Assembly: GCF_009914755.1 (NCBI RefSeq)
Contig: NC_060932.1
Reading direction: 5' to 3' (one strand)
From: the human T2T-CHM13v2.0 reference genome, Homo sapiens
DNA: 64,000 nt
Each line of letters starts with the position of its first letter. Within the stretch, counting starts at the first letter, position 1. The position numbers and the translations under genes are program-made. The notes below the pieces were generated by a model that was not told where the DNA came from, did not search any database, and saw nothing but the letters and a program-made list of their open reading frames with translations. Positions 40,000 through 51,480 of this stretch are shown here, one piece after another.

Positions 40000-41642
40000 A
40001 GCTGTGGCCTTTGGGGCCAGGCAGGATCCTTGTTGTCAAAGGGTTTCCAGGCTGGCAGATGAGACCGGAAAGCCAGCCCATGGGTCAGAGCGGTGGAGGA
40101 GACACTCTGAAGAGGGAGCAGGAAGGACCAGAGCACCAGGGAAGGCTTCAGAGGATGTGGGGACTGGGAAGCTCCAAAGGGAAACATGGAGGAAGAGGTG
40201 GGTGCCGCAAGCTGAGGCCAAGGCCAAGGGGGCCGGCCTGGCCACGATGGGCCTTGAACTTCATTCTGTGAAGAAACACCGCTACAGGCTGCAGGGAGAG
40301 GAGGCATGGTCAGACAGCTCGGCTTGGTGCCGGAAGCGGTAGAGGCTGTGTGAACAGTCCCAGCAAGAACAGATGCCGGCCTGCGCTCATGGCTCCCCAC
40401 TGAACCCGATGATCAATCATCAATCCCAGATTGAACTGAGCTCTTAGTTCCACCCCCCACCCCCCGCAGCAGCCAGCACTGCGGGAGGGTGGGGATCAGG
40501 ATAACACTCGTCTGGCTTGGCTGCTGTTTTCCTATCCATGGCCCACGACCAGGCCCCACCAGTTGGCACCAGCCTGTGAAACGCAGACTCATCTCTCCGA
40601 ACTGACTGCCTCTGGCAGGATGAGGTGAATTATCCTAAATCAAGGGGAGGCAGTGAATACATTATCTCAGGAATAAGAAGAAAAATGAAGATGGATATTT
40701 ACAAACAACTCCTAAAGAAATTCACCCCCACACACATATAATTTTAATGGTCTCTGAAAGAAAAGGCAACTCTTTTGCTGAGCTCTAGTCAATCAGCATC
40801 AGCAAACACGATGCTAGCCGCATTGGAAGCTGACTGATACATTCAAAACTCTGACAGACGCGAGGCCATCCCGGAGTTGGGCATGGAGGAGGCCCATTCC
40901 CATCCTCCCTCATCCAGTCCCTGCTGTGCTGGGGCTGTGCCCAGCAGGCCACCCACCATGCTGTCTGTGGAGGAGGCCCAGGGTGAGCAGGCGCAGGTAG
41001 TAGGCTAACTGTACAGGCAGTCTGTGCATTCAAGACCACAGCAAATCAATCCATTTTTTTGATCATGCAAATTGATTATCTAAATCCATTAACAAGCTCT
41101 TGAAGCTATCTGGTCCAGTCAATCACACTATTCATTCCTTCAATCATGCATTCAGTGATGACTTATTAAGAGAGGACTGTGTGCCGAGATCTGGGCTTGC
41201 AGCCATCCCTGCCCTGCAGGGTCCCCAGATGCAGCAACTGTGGGTGCGCAGCAGGACAAAGCTCTGACAACAGGGAAGGAAGAAGGCGCAAGACCATAAG
41301 AAGCAGATCAGAGGGTTCCTGGGGAGCAAATGCAGCAGCCTTCTAAAACTAAGGGCTTTTGCCAGCAGAGCTGAATGCTGGCTGATGGGAGACAGCAAAA
41401 CCAATAGAGGTTTTCTGAGCGGGGGAAACACTCTTCCATCCACACACCCCCGGAACTGTGAGGTGAAAAACAAATGGAACCAATTTCCATCCTGGCTGAG
41501 GGATGGAATCAATGCAATTAATTCAGTCAGAAGGAAAGACACGTGCAAGCACAGGGGGTTCCGGAGCCAGTTCATCCCACTCCTCACCCAAATGCACACC
41601 ACACTTGCAGACCAATGAGGAAACCCTGCAACAGTCCCGCCT

Positions 41643-42010
41643 CGGCCGGGTCTGGGGATGGGCACGAGCACCTGCCTCCCTGGAGGCCCGGCCTGGGGAT
41701 GGGCACGAGCACCTGTCCCCTGGCGGCGTGGCCTGCAGATGGGCACGAGCACCTGCCTCCCAGGCGACCCAGCCTGCGGATGGGCACGAGCACCTGCCTT
41801 CCCGATGGCCTGGCCTGGGGATGGGCATGAGCACCTGCCTTCCCGACGGCCCGGCCTGTGGATGGGCATGAGCACCTGCCCCCCTGGTGGCCCAGCCTGC
41901 AGATGGGCACGAGCACCTGCCTCTCCGGCGGCCCAGCCTGCGGATGGGCACAAGCACCTGCCTTCCTGACGGCCCGGCCTGGGGATGGGTGTGAGCACCT
42001 GCCTCCCTGA
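41643..42010. repeat. GC-rich minisatellite (VNTR-type), ~9 x 41 bp
   Basis: The core GATGGGCACGAGCACCTGCC (with variants) starts at 41657, 41698, 41738, 41779, 41820, 41861, 41902, 41943 and 41984. Confidence 0.97.
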
Positions 42011-42659
42011 CAGCTGGTGAAGGCAACAGAAGCTTAAAGACCCTCCAAGGCAAAAAGCTCACCACCACCAAAGCCTCCGCTCCCTGCCGCCTCTGCCTGT
42101 GCCCTGTGTCAGCAGCAGCCCTGGGGCACGTGGGGCCTGGACTTGGTCTGCCGGAACTGGAACAAGGCCCCTAGCCCCTCACGCAGGGCCTGTCCCAGGA
42201 GCTCCATAGCCTCTTTCCTTGGACAAATCACACCATCTAAAGGGCTTTTTCCATAAGCATTGTAGGGAGAAGGGAAGCAGGTATGGAGGGACAGGCAGAT
42301 GACAGCCTAGGTCTAGACAGGACTGCATGACTGAAGACAAATGTCCCCTGTCCAGCCAGCCGCCGCCTCCTGAGCACCAAGTGTGCATCACACGCGAGGG
42401 GCACTTTGCTCACTCCTCTGCAAGCTTCCCTGCAAACACTGCAGATAAAATACTATTAACTGAAGCCCATGTTGCCTCTAAAGATGACAGAAAATAGACG
42501 AAATACACACATGCATGAGAGACATGCACACATGCACACAGATATCCAGTCTAGAGTGGCATATCACACGGTGATAGATTGATTGCCTGCAATACACAAC
42601 CCAGAGAGGAAAACTTCCAGTGTTTATTAGGAAACCAGGACATGAGATATGGAATAAAC

Positions 42660-42822
42660 ATATATGTGAGATATATATATATATACACACACACACACAT
42701 ATATATATCCAAAATCTATGTGTGTGCATATAGCTCAAGTTGGATCACCTTCTATATATAGACATACAAATGTATAGATACAGCTCTCCCCATATAAATA
42801 TGCATGTGTGGGTATATATATC
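42660..42822. repeat. (TA)n/(CA)n low-complexity tract
   Basis: 'atatatatatatatacacacacacacacatatatatat' and flanking TA-rich sequence. Confidence 0.85.
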
Positions 42823-44809
42823 TCCCAGCTCCCGAAATAGAAGCCTATATACTTAGATGAATTACAGTGTTTAAAAAGAAAGACTCAGGAGTGGTGTGTG
42901 CCCATGTTCCCAACAAGCCCTTGTTGTCTTTCTCTTCCCCGTAGGCAGCCTTCCCTTGGCTCAGCGTTTGCTTCGCCAACTCTAGATGCTGCTGCTTCAC
43001 ATACTGAAGCCCCTCAGCAGGTGTGCTGTCTAGCCTGACCGTGCCATATGAGGCTAGAGACAGATTTGCTCAGAATGCAGTGTTTTGCAGACATCCAAAG
43101 TTGGATGGAATCATCTTGAAAAGCTTTTGCCTGGTCAATTCAGAACACTCAATGTGGGTGACTTCCCGGCCCCCTGATTCTGCCTGAGAGTTACTCAAGG
43201 TGCCAACTGGCCCCCAAGTCAAACGAGAGTGCTCAGTGTCCCCTTGGACTCTGGATGACAAATCACCAGCCATTTCTCAGGCAAAGCCATTCCCAAATTG
43301 CATTGAGCCTTCGTCTAGGATACCTGGAGAAAAGATCTCCCGAGAACTCCAAAAGCCCACTTAGAGGGCCACAGCCAGAAACAGAGCAAATGGGAGGTGG
43401 GTGATGTGGGTTGGGCCATTAAGACACTGCTCTCTTGACACCAGGAGAGGTTCCCTGTTGACACCAAGCATCTCCAATCATTTGCCACTGGGGCTGTCCC
43501 TGTGTTCTACTCAGGGGCCAGCAGCGGCCAAGGCCATGACTCTGGGAAAGTCCGCTGTGTGCCAGATACCAGAACAGAAACCAGAACACGTGTAGCTGCT
43601 CCCTCTCCTCTCCTTCTGGTTCTGCATTTTCATTATGTACCTTATTCTAGCCACATGAATGTCTTAAGGAAATTATGGAATAACTATACTTTTATAATGT
43701 AAATGTATTACATTACAATATTAAACAGATCACATGTTCCAGGTTATAGATCAGAGTACTTCGTGTAATATTCAATAATGCGCCATATGGTGTGTGGACA
43801 CTGTTGTGGTAACACCATCATGAGTGTGAACGTTTTCTGAGCGTGTCCACACTAGGAAGTGTGCTCAGTGCTCTCTGCCCTCTGCCTCACTGAATTCTTG
43901 AGTTCTAAGATATTAATGTCCTCATTTTACAGAGGATGAGATGGTCAGGAGGTGAAGCCACTTCTTCACAGTGGAGTCTGTCTGCCCAGAGAGCCAGCTC
44001 TGCCAGCATACCTCACTTCGCCCTGGCTCAGAACCAGTGTTTCCGACCTGAAGGAGGCCCTGAGGTGGCTCCTGTCCAGGAGAGGGCCTGGAATGGTCTG
44101 AGGGCCTGAAAGCTCTTATCCTCCTTGTCCACCAGTGACCAGACCTCCCAGGGGCTCTCTGCTCTGCTTCTCGGTTCCCGCATCAGCTCCCAGGAACACT
44201 TGAGCCCAACCCTGCATCTCTGTCCAATTGCTTAGAACTCTGAGCCCCTTCTCAGTGCTCCCCTGGGGACTAGACCATTATGAAATTGCTCTGATATCTG
44301 TTTTCTCACCTCATACATATGACAAATGGGTATGAGGGACTGAGAAGAGGCTCAGAAGAATGAAGTAGTAACTAGAATTTTTGAATGTCTACCATGGGCT
44401 GATCACAGTGGTAATTATTTTATGTGCATGACATCAATTAATGCTTACCCTGCAGATGGCTGGTTCTCATGATAAGCAGGGGCAGAGCCAACACTAGAAC
44501 CCAGGGCTCCTGACTCGCAGAGTTCAGTGTTCTTTCCAGATAGCCCAAAGCACCAGTGCCCCTCATGGGGCAGGAGCTCTTGGTGGCTCTCTTGCCATTG
44601 CAATCCCAGCATTGCCTTGTCCTGGGGAGAAACTGAGCTACCTGTGACAACACTGTAATCAGAAGTCATCATAATTGTTAAAGGAAGAGCAAAATGCTAA
44701 TATACATGCCAATGCATCTGAAAACCACTGGGCCATATAATTAGCCATTTGTAGGGATATAAGTCACAGAAGGAAAACTTTTTTCTGTGTCAATGAGTTG
44801 AACAATCAA

Positions 44810-45005
44810 GTCATTCATCCATCCATCTACAAATGCATATGGCCATCTACCCACTCATCAGCGGTCCACCCATTTATCCTTTCACCATCCAATTGTCTAC
44901 TAATCCAGTCTTCATCCCTTCACCCAATTATACACTGACCCATCTGACCATTGACCCATCTAGCTATCAACTCATCTTCCCATATACTCAGCCCCCATCC
45001 ACCTT
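44810..45005. repeat. Degenerate (CCAT)n tract, adjoining an L2 relic
   Basis: Repeated catc/ccat/accc tetramers, followed by 'cacttaatgaagtcctaccacacacc'. Confidence 0.6.
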
Positions 45006-46116
45006 CCCAAAAATCACTTAATGAAGTCCTACCACACACCAAGAAGCATTCCTGATATGGCAGGATCAAGATGAGTAAGATATCCTCCATGCTCAAAAGA
45101 ACTCTGTCTAAAAGAGATCATCGTGTAAAAAGAAAACTGCAGAAGCTCTCCATCCACAGATTTTCACCTTAGGAACTTTCACAAGCATCAGTAATGGAGA
45201 AAATGCACATCAGCTCAGCTCCCAAGCAGCAGATGATGTCATGGGTTCCTTACACACTGTTACTGTCAGAGCCTAACCTGTCAGTGAATAGAGGAACTTC
45301 TGTATAACAATGTGATCAGACAGCGATATGAACCACTGCAGAGAGGTATGAACAACGTACAATGGGAGCCGAGGAGAGCAGTATATCAGGGTCAGGGAAC
45401 AGCATACTTTCTTGAACTTGACCGGATTCAAACCTAAGTCAATGTCCTTCCAGAACACACACTCTCCCCGTGTCACCATGCTACTTTCAACTGGAATTCA
45501 GGAGCTCAGACCCACAGCAACTCAAAAGATAGATGCTGACCACAGATGTCACCAACTGCTCCTCCATCTTGACTCCGGGAGCTGTATGCGAGTGACAACA
45601 GGATGGTGGTTAGACGGTGGTGCATCCCGGAAGGCATGGGACCGGGCCTGCTTTCCACCTGGTACCTATTTCAAACGGGGATGAACGGTCAAATCATCCA
45701 TCAGAGCAGGTCCCTGAACTCTGGTCTCCAGAGGAAGCAGAGCAAGTGGGATAGCACTAACACGAGAACACAGCCTGGGAATCCTGGAGAGTGCCGGAAA
45801 ACCGAACCCAACGTTCAAAAGGGAAATGAGTCGGGAAGGGGAAAGGTCCCGCGGACTCACGGCAAATGTTTACATTTGATGATCTTTGGAACATATGCAT
45901 GGCTGCATACAGTACTTGCTGTTAACATTATAGAGAAGCCTGAGCTGGCACCAGCAGGAGATCTCCAAAGTCATTCAGTCACGCACAGTCTCCCCGAAGG
46001 ATCTGGGTGGGCTCTGTGAGGGGCAGGTGGAGAAGGACACTGGATTTGGTGAACGGACTGGCTGTGCATCCCACAGATGCTCCTGGAGGGTCTGCCAGGG
46101 GAATGAAGGACGTCTC

Positions 46117-46468
46117 TGATATGGTTTGGCTGTGTCCCCACCCAAATCTCATCTTGAATTCCCATGTGCTGTGGGAGAGTCCCCGTGGGAGGTAATTGAA
46201 TCATGGGGGCAGGTCTTTCCTGCGCTGTTCTCGTGATAGTGAGTACGTCTCATGAGATCTGATGATTATAAGGAGCTTTCCTACATAAGCTCTTTCTTTG
46301 CCTGCTGCCTTCCACAGATGATGAGACTTGCTCCTCCTTGCCTTCCACCACAATTGTGAGGCCTCCCCAACCACGTGGAACTGTGAGTCCAATTAAACCT
46401 CTTTCTTTTTAAAGACATGCCCAGTCTCAGGTATGTCTTTATCAGCAGCATGAAAATGGACTAATACA
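46117..46468 (+). mobile_element. THE1A MaLR solo LTR, full length
   Basis: Runs from 'tgatatggtttggctgtgtccccacccaaatctc' to 'atggactaataca'. 5-bp TSD GTCTC at 46112-46116 and 46469-46473. Confidence 0.95.
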
Positions 46469-49400
46469 GTCTCTGAGATCTAACCTCTCCCTCCTTCACA
46501 CTCCAGAACACTAGTGTGCGCCCATGTTATTTCTGGTACCGGATCATGAATTCATGGGTTGATGCCCGCCTTCCCCACTGGACAGGAGGCTCCTCACCGA
46601 GTGCCAGATACACAGTGCGTGCTCTGACAATATCTGTTCTCCTCCCTGGTCCTGGTTCTGCCACTGATGAACTTCCTTCTTGTGGGCAGTTTCCAAATGT
46701 ATAAAATGACAGAGAACAGTCAGACTGATGATTTCTACCTGGGCTCCCAAAGGCACTAATGGTGTTAATGGTAATGATTCTCAATATTTCAGACAATCAG
46801 TTGGAAATCATGTGTTTATCTTCCATCGGGCAGCACAAACCAAAGAAAATATTCCATTTTCTCCCTCTGGGCTGGCATGGTCTCTGTTCTATGAGGTTAC
46901 ACCAGCTACCTTGGGCTGGCTGGGAGCTCTGGTTGGCAGATGTGTGTTTCTGATTGATGACATGAAAAGGTAAGTTCATGATCCTTTATTCAAGAGGATG
47001 GGATATCATCTTTCAAAATATGGGCAGCCCCTGGGGAGAGGAAACTGCAAACATAGTCTCTTGGAGGTAGGCAGAGCAAACTGGCATCTTGAGTTCTGGC
47101 CTGCCCCCTGTCTGATCATCTGGGTCAGCCGCTGACCAAGCCATACGCTGCTGTTCGTCATTCGCAAAGGTTCTTTGTATCTTCTTTCCCGTGAGTCTAG
47201 GCTTCCCATGAAGTGTTCCGTGGTGACGCCAACACCTGGCATTAAACCACTCCTGTCTTGTCAGCATGGGGACGCTCCATGCTGAATTCTGTAAAGGCCT
47301 CTGGCCCCCAGGCCTTCCCTGTTCCAGATGGTTCTGGCCAGCCTTCCCAAGCTCGGCTCCTGTAGCACATGGCGGTGGCAGGAGCAATGTGCAGGATGCT
47401 TGCCCTTCGGGAGACACGACAACCAGTTTCCCATTTGCAGTGTGGGTCCTCATGAGAAAAGGAGGAGGGGAGGCCAAGCGATCAGAGGCATTTTCCAAAT
47501 CTCTTCTCCTTTTTAGGAAAGAGCCAGAAACTGTATCCCCACGCCCATGGTACCTATGACTCCCCCATCTTATTCACCAAAGAGACTCTGCCCCACAGGT
47601 GGAAGGGACTGGGAAGAAAGGGACAGAACTCTGTTCATCCTGAATCACCTGCACCTAGCACAAGTCAGGTGTTCAAGAAATGCTTGCTGACCGAATGAAC
47701 AAAGGAAGGAAATAATAAATGCAAGGACTAATGAATGAACAAACAGGGCTTCAGCCACCACCTCCTGCAGGGTGGGGATTCAGGCCTAAGCTCTAAAAAA
47801 AACAGGAGGCCTTTGCATCAGTTCCTCCTGGGCCAATGATGGCTGGACCCAGGAAGGGGCTGGGCCAGGGGCAGGCTGGGGGCAGTGGACTGCTGAGAGC
47901 AACATGTGCTCACTCTGAGCACCCAGGGTAGAGCCGGGACAGAGGCCTCTCAATGGACAAGGGCCTGAGAGCCAAGGTAGGGTATCTTTACAAAGGAAGC
48001 GAAGGGCTCTTATTTTAGTTTTGGGTTTTCTAATTATTTGCAAATAAATATGTTAATATTTTATACTACCTACATATGTGTAGTTATCACATACATGTGT
48101 ATACCATACGTATATAATACTATATTATACCAAAATATTATTTAATTTTATGGTTTAATTTTGTTTTAATCCTCAGGGCAAATGGTCTCACTGAAAGGGT
48201 CATCCAAACAAAACAATAAAACCAGGAAAATTAACACATCTGACCACGTTTTTGCCTTCAACATTCTACAGGAGAAAACTCATCACTCTCTATCTGATTA
48301 TCGGACCCTGGGAGGGATTTGCGAGGCTTTCTGGGTTCAGAAACCTCAGGAGGTCGAGTTCTTCCACACTCTGGAATGTTTTCCACCCCCTACATGACTC
48401 TGGAACATCAGAACTGAAGTCATCTCACTTTCTTTGAGTCAGAATCGATAGGGGTGGCTGGTTCCCTGGAGCCTCAGCTCACAGACGCTGCCATGAATGA
48501 CGCTTTTAGTACAGGAAAGAGGCAGGAGCCCACGCTGGGGCAGGCCTCACTCTGCCACTTGCCAGCCACGGAAGCTGGGCACTGGCCAGGCCCTTGGTGT
48601 CCGTGTCTGTGCCCTGGGGTCAGGGAGGTGACACCTGGAGCACCCAGCACAGGACCCAGCACACAGAACGCCTTCAGTAAGGGCAGCCCATCAGCCACCC
48701 AGATTCAAACCCTGGTTCCTCCACTTCCAGCTATGTGGCTCCACGGAAGGAGCTTAACCTCTCTGAGCCTCGGTGAGATGGTAAGAGTAGCAGGGGCCGT
48801 AGCTACACTCGGCATCACGCCTGCACACGTAAAATCCTAGTAGGTGCTGCTCTCATCCTCTCCTCTCTGCTTTCTCTTTCCTGGTCAAATCTCACAGAAG
48901 CCTTGCTTGCAGCTACCCTCAGCAGCATCTGAGGACTTGGCAGTGGCAGGTTCTCAAATAAGCTCAGGAAAGAGGGTGCCAAACAGGCACTGAGGCCAGC
49001 GCTGGTTTCCCTACGACCTGCCTGGGAAGCACACTGGCCTGCTCATGCCCCCTAAAATCACCCAACCTGGCTACCCCCTTCCTGGCTTGAAGCGAGGGCT
49101 GATGGGGTACCGAGCCTTGGCATGGGCTGGCTCCTTCCCTTCCTATCAATCGTCTTCATTCAAAGCTGGCACGGTCTCCTGAGGCAGATGCGTCAATGAT
49201 TAAACCATTATTTGTTCATGTCTCTGAGAGGCGGGAGACGCTGCCTCCTCCACAAACATCCCTGGAAGCCAATCGGGCCTACCTGGTCTCCTTGTAACCC
49301 AGAGCTGGGCTGCAGATCAAAAGACAAGTAAATAAAATAGGCCCAAAGATTCTGCATCTAGACTATCAAACCAAAATAGGTATGGGAAGTGAAGAGGCAG

Positions 49401-50099
49401 CAGCTAAATATTTGTTTTCCTCGGTAATCAGGTGAGCAGGCCTGGGCTTTCCAGACCTCCTGTTTAGAATCCCACGCTGCTCCCACGCAGCCCTAGGGTC
49501 AGTGCAGTGCCTGGCGCTCAGCTCCAGGCCCTAGCAGGCAGGGGTACCTTGCCATGTCACTTCCTTCTCTGAACTTCAGATTCAATACCTTCAAATGACA
49601 ACGGCATCATCAACATGGCAGGTCCACGTGGAGACCCGAGAGGATAAAAAGAAATTCCCAGGCAGCTCACCACAGCTGTGCAAGTGCTTACACGACGCGT
49701 CATCTCGGCTCCGCTCCTGACCTTCTAGATAAGATTCCCTGGAAGGTGAGGGAGTGGGAAGTCCCCTGTTTACGCTCTTCAGGGGAGTCTTATGCGGTCA
49801 GCCCAGGCCCTGGCGCCTCTCTCTGGGAACCTCTAATGAAAAGCCCTACCAAGGTGGGAGGATGTCCAGGAGCGGCATGTGGGGCATGTCCTGTCTTCTG
49901 CCGCAAGCCCGCTCGACCCCAGCACCTCAGGGCCGCCCTTGTGAAGAGGCCACTTGATGCGTGGTTTATAAAGCTCATAAGACTGGCAATTGCTTGAGGC
50001 ACGGGCCAAGCCATATGCCTCTTATTTCATCAGTAACAGGAAACCTGGGTCCCCCACAGAACTAGGGGGCAGTGAGGCCTGGTAAAAAGCATTTGCATG

Positions 50100-50240
50100 T
50101 TGAGACAGATAGAATTGGGTTCAAATTCTTGATCTTCTCTATCTAGTCTGACCTTGAGCAAGTTCCCCAACTCCGAGTCCCAGGGCCTTCATCATTAAAA
50201 TAAAAATGATGCTCTCCAGCTTCACAGGCTGTGTGGGAGG
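50100..50240 (+). mobile_element. MIR relic
   Basis: 'tgggttcaaattcttg...tgaccttgagcaagtt...cttcacaggctgtgtgggagg'. Confidence 0.65.
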
Positions 50241-51029
50241 GTGACCGAGGCAACGCACACAGCCAGGGACACGGAGCACAGACTGAGCCAGTGCACTGAG
50301 TTTCTTTCCCTCTGTGCCGTGCTCTCAGCCAGGGCCCCTCAGATGTGGGGATTTGGAGGAGAGGCCTGTGGAGTGGGGGTGGAGGGGCACACAGGCACTG
50401 GAGGGGCTGCAGGTTGGGGACTGAATTTCAGCATACCTCTTCCAGCCTTTGGCCACCTCTCCCTGCAACCACCTCAGGGTCAAGGCCAACCCTCTCCGGG
50501 GATTTTTTCCTGAAGCCATCTCTGCTCCCCAGAAAGCAAGACCTCAGACAGCCCTGCGGCGGCTCCCCTTCCTCTACTGCCCTCCCCCTCTGGGACCGGG
50601 AGGCCAGGAGACTTGGCCTTGGGAAGCGAACCCACCAGCTCCCCGCTGCAGCCTGAGTCTAGCAGGAGAGAGGTGTGGGACAATGTCCTCTCAGCTTCCC
50701 CTGAGCTCATGGGTAACACAGGTCAACAGCAAAGCAGCTGGACAGCGGCGGGGGGTGGCGTGCAAAATGGATTTGTGAATGTTCTCAAGAGCAACGGCAT
50801 TAGCTGCACTGTGAGCACTAACTCCCTTTGTAAATAGGACAGGCTTGCTTTCACTGTTAATTTCCTCCCATGTCAAAAACCAGCACCTGCAAAAAAAAAA
50901 AAAAAACCCAAGTGTTGAAGGAAGGGGAGGGGATGGAGGAAAAGTACAGGCAAAACCAGTGAGGTGGAAGGAGAACGTGCTCATTCATTCAAACATTCAT
51001 CTACCCACCCATTCATTCTAATGTTGTCT

Positions 51030-51480
51030 GTCATGTTTCATTCAAGTATTCTCTAAGCTGCTGCTGTGAACCTGACGCTGCTGAGCACAGGGACACAGAG
51101 ATGACTCGGGCACACACCTCTGCTCCCGGGAGCACTGAGGTCTGAGAGAGGAAGCAGGGTGATAAGGAGCAACGGGACAGTCGGGACGCCCTGGGAATCT
51201 GGGCGGGGGGAGCTGGTTCAGACAGAGGGGGGTGCCTGCCCTGCATTTTGAAAGAGCAGAAAGGTGCCCAGGGCACTCCAGGCAGAAGGAAAGCATGTGT
51301 GAAGGCAGGGGAGTGTGAGAGTCCATGGTTTCCAGCAAGTGCACAGGGATCAGCACAGCAGAGGAGGGAGCGGTGGAGCGCCAGGAGGTGAGGCCAGAGG
51401 CTGGCGGCGGCTCATGGGCCTGGTATCGCAGGACACACGCAGGAGTCTGGTTTGTATCTTGAGGATAAAGAGTGCTAATG
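51030..51480 (-). mobile_element. L2 relic
   Basis: 'ttcattcaagtattctctaagc', 'ccaggcagaaggaaagcatgtgtgaaggc' and 'aggagtctggtttgtatcttgagg'. Confidence 0.6.

Noticed and set aside
41643-42010. CRISPR-like array (constant core plus variable segment)
   Set aside because: The variable segments are short and clearly homologous to each other, there are no cas genes, and the context is primate DNA. It is a minisatellite.
41144-42071. Long ORFs (284 aa, 182 aa and others)
   Set aside because: They arise from the stop-poor GC-rich 41-bp repeat, are open on both strands, and translate to periodic peptides.
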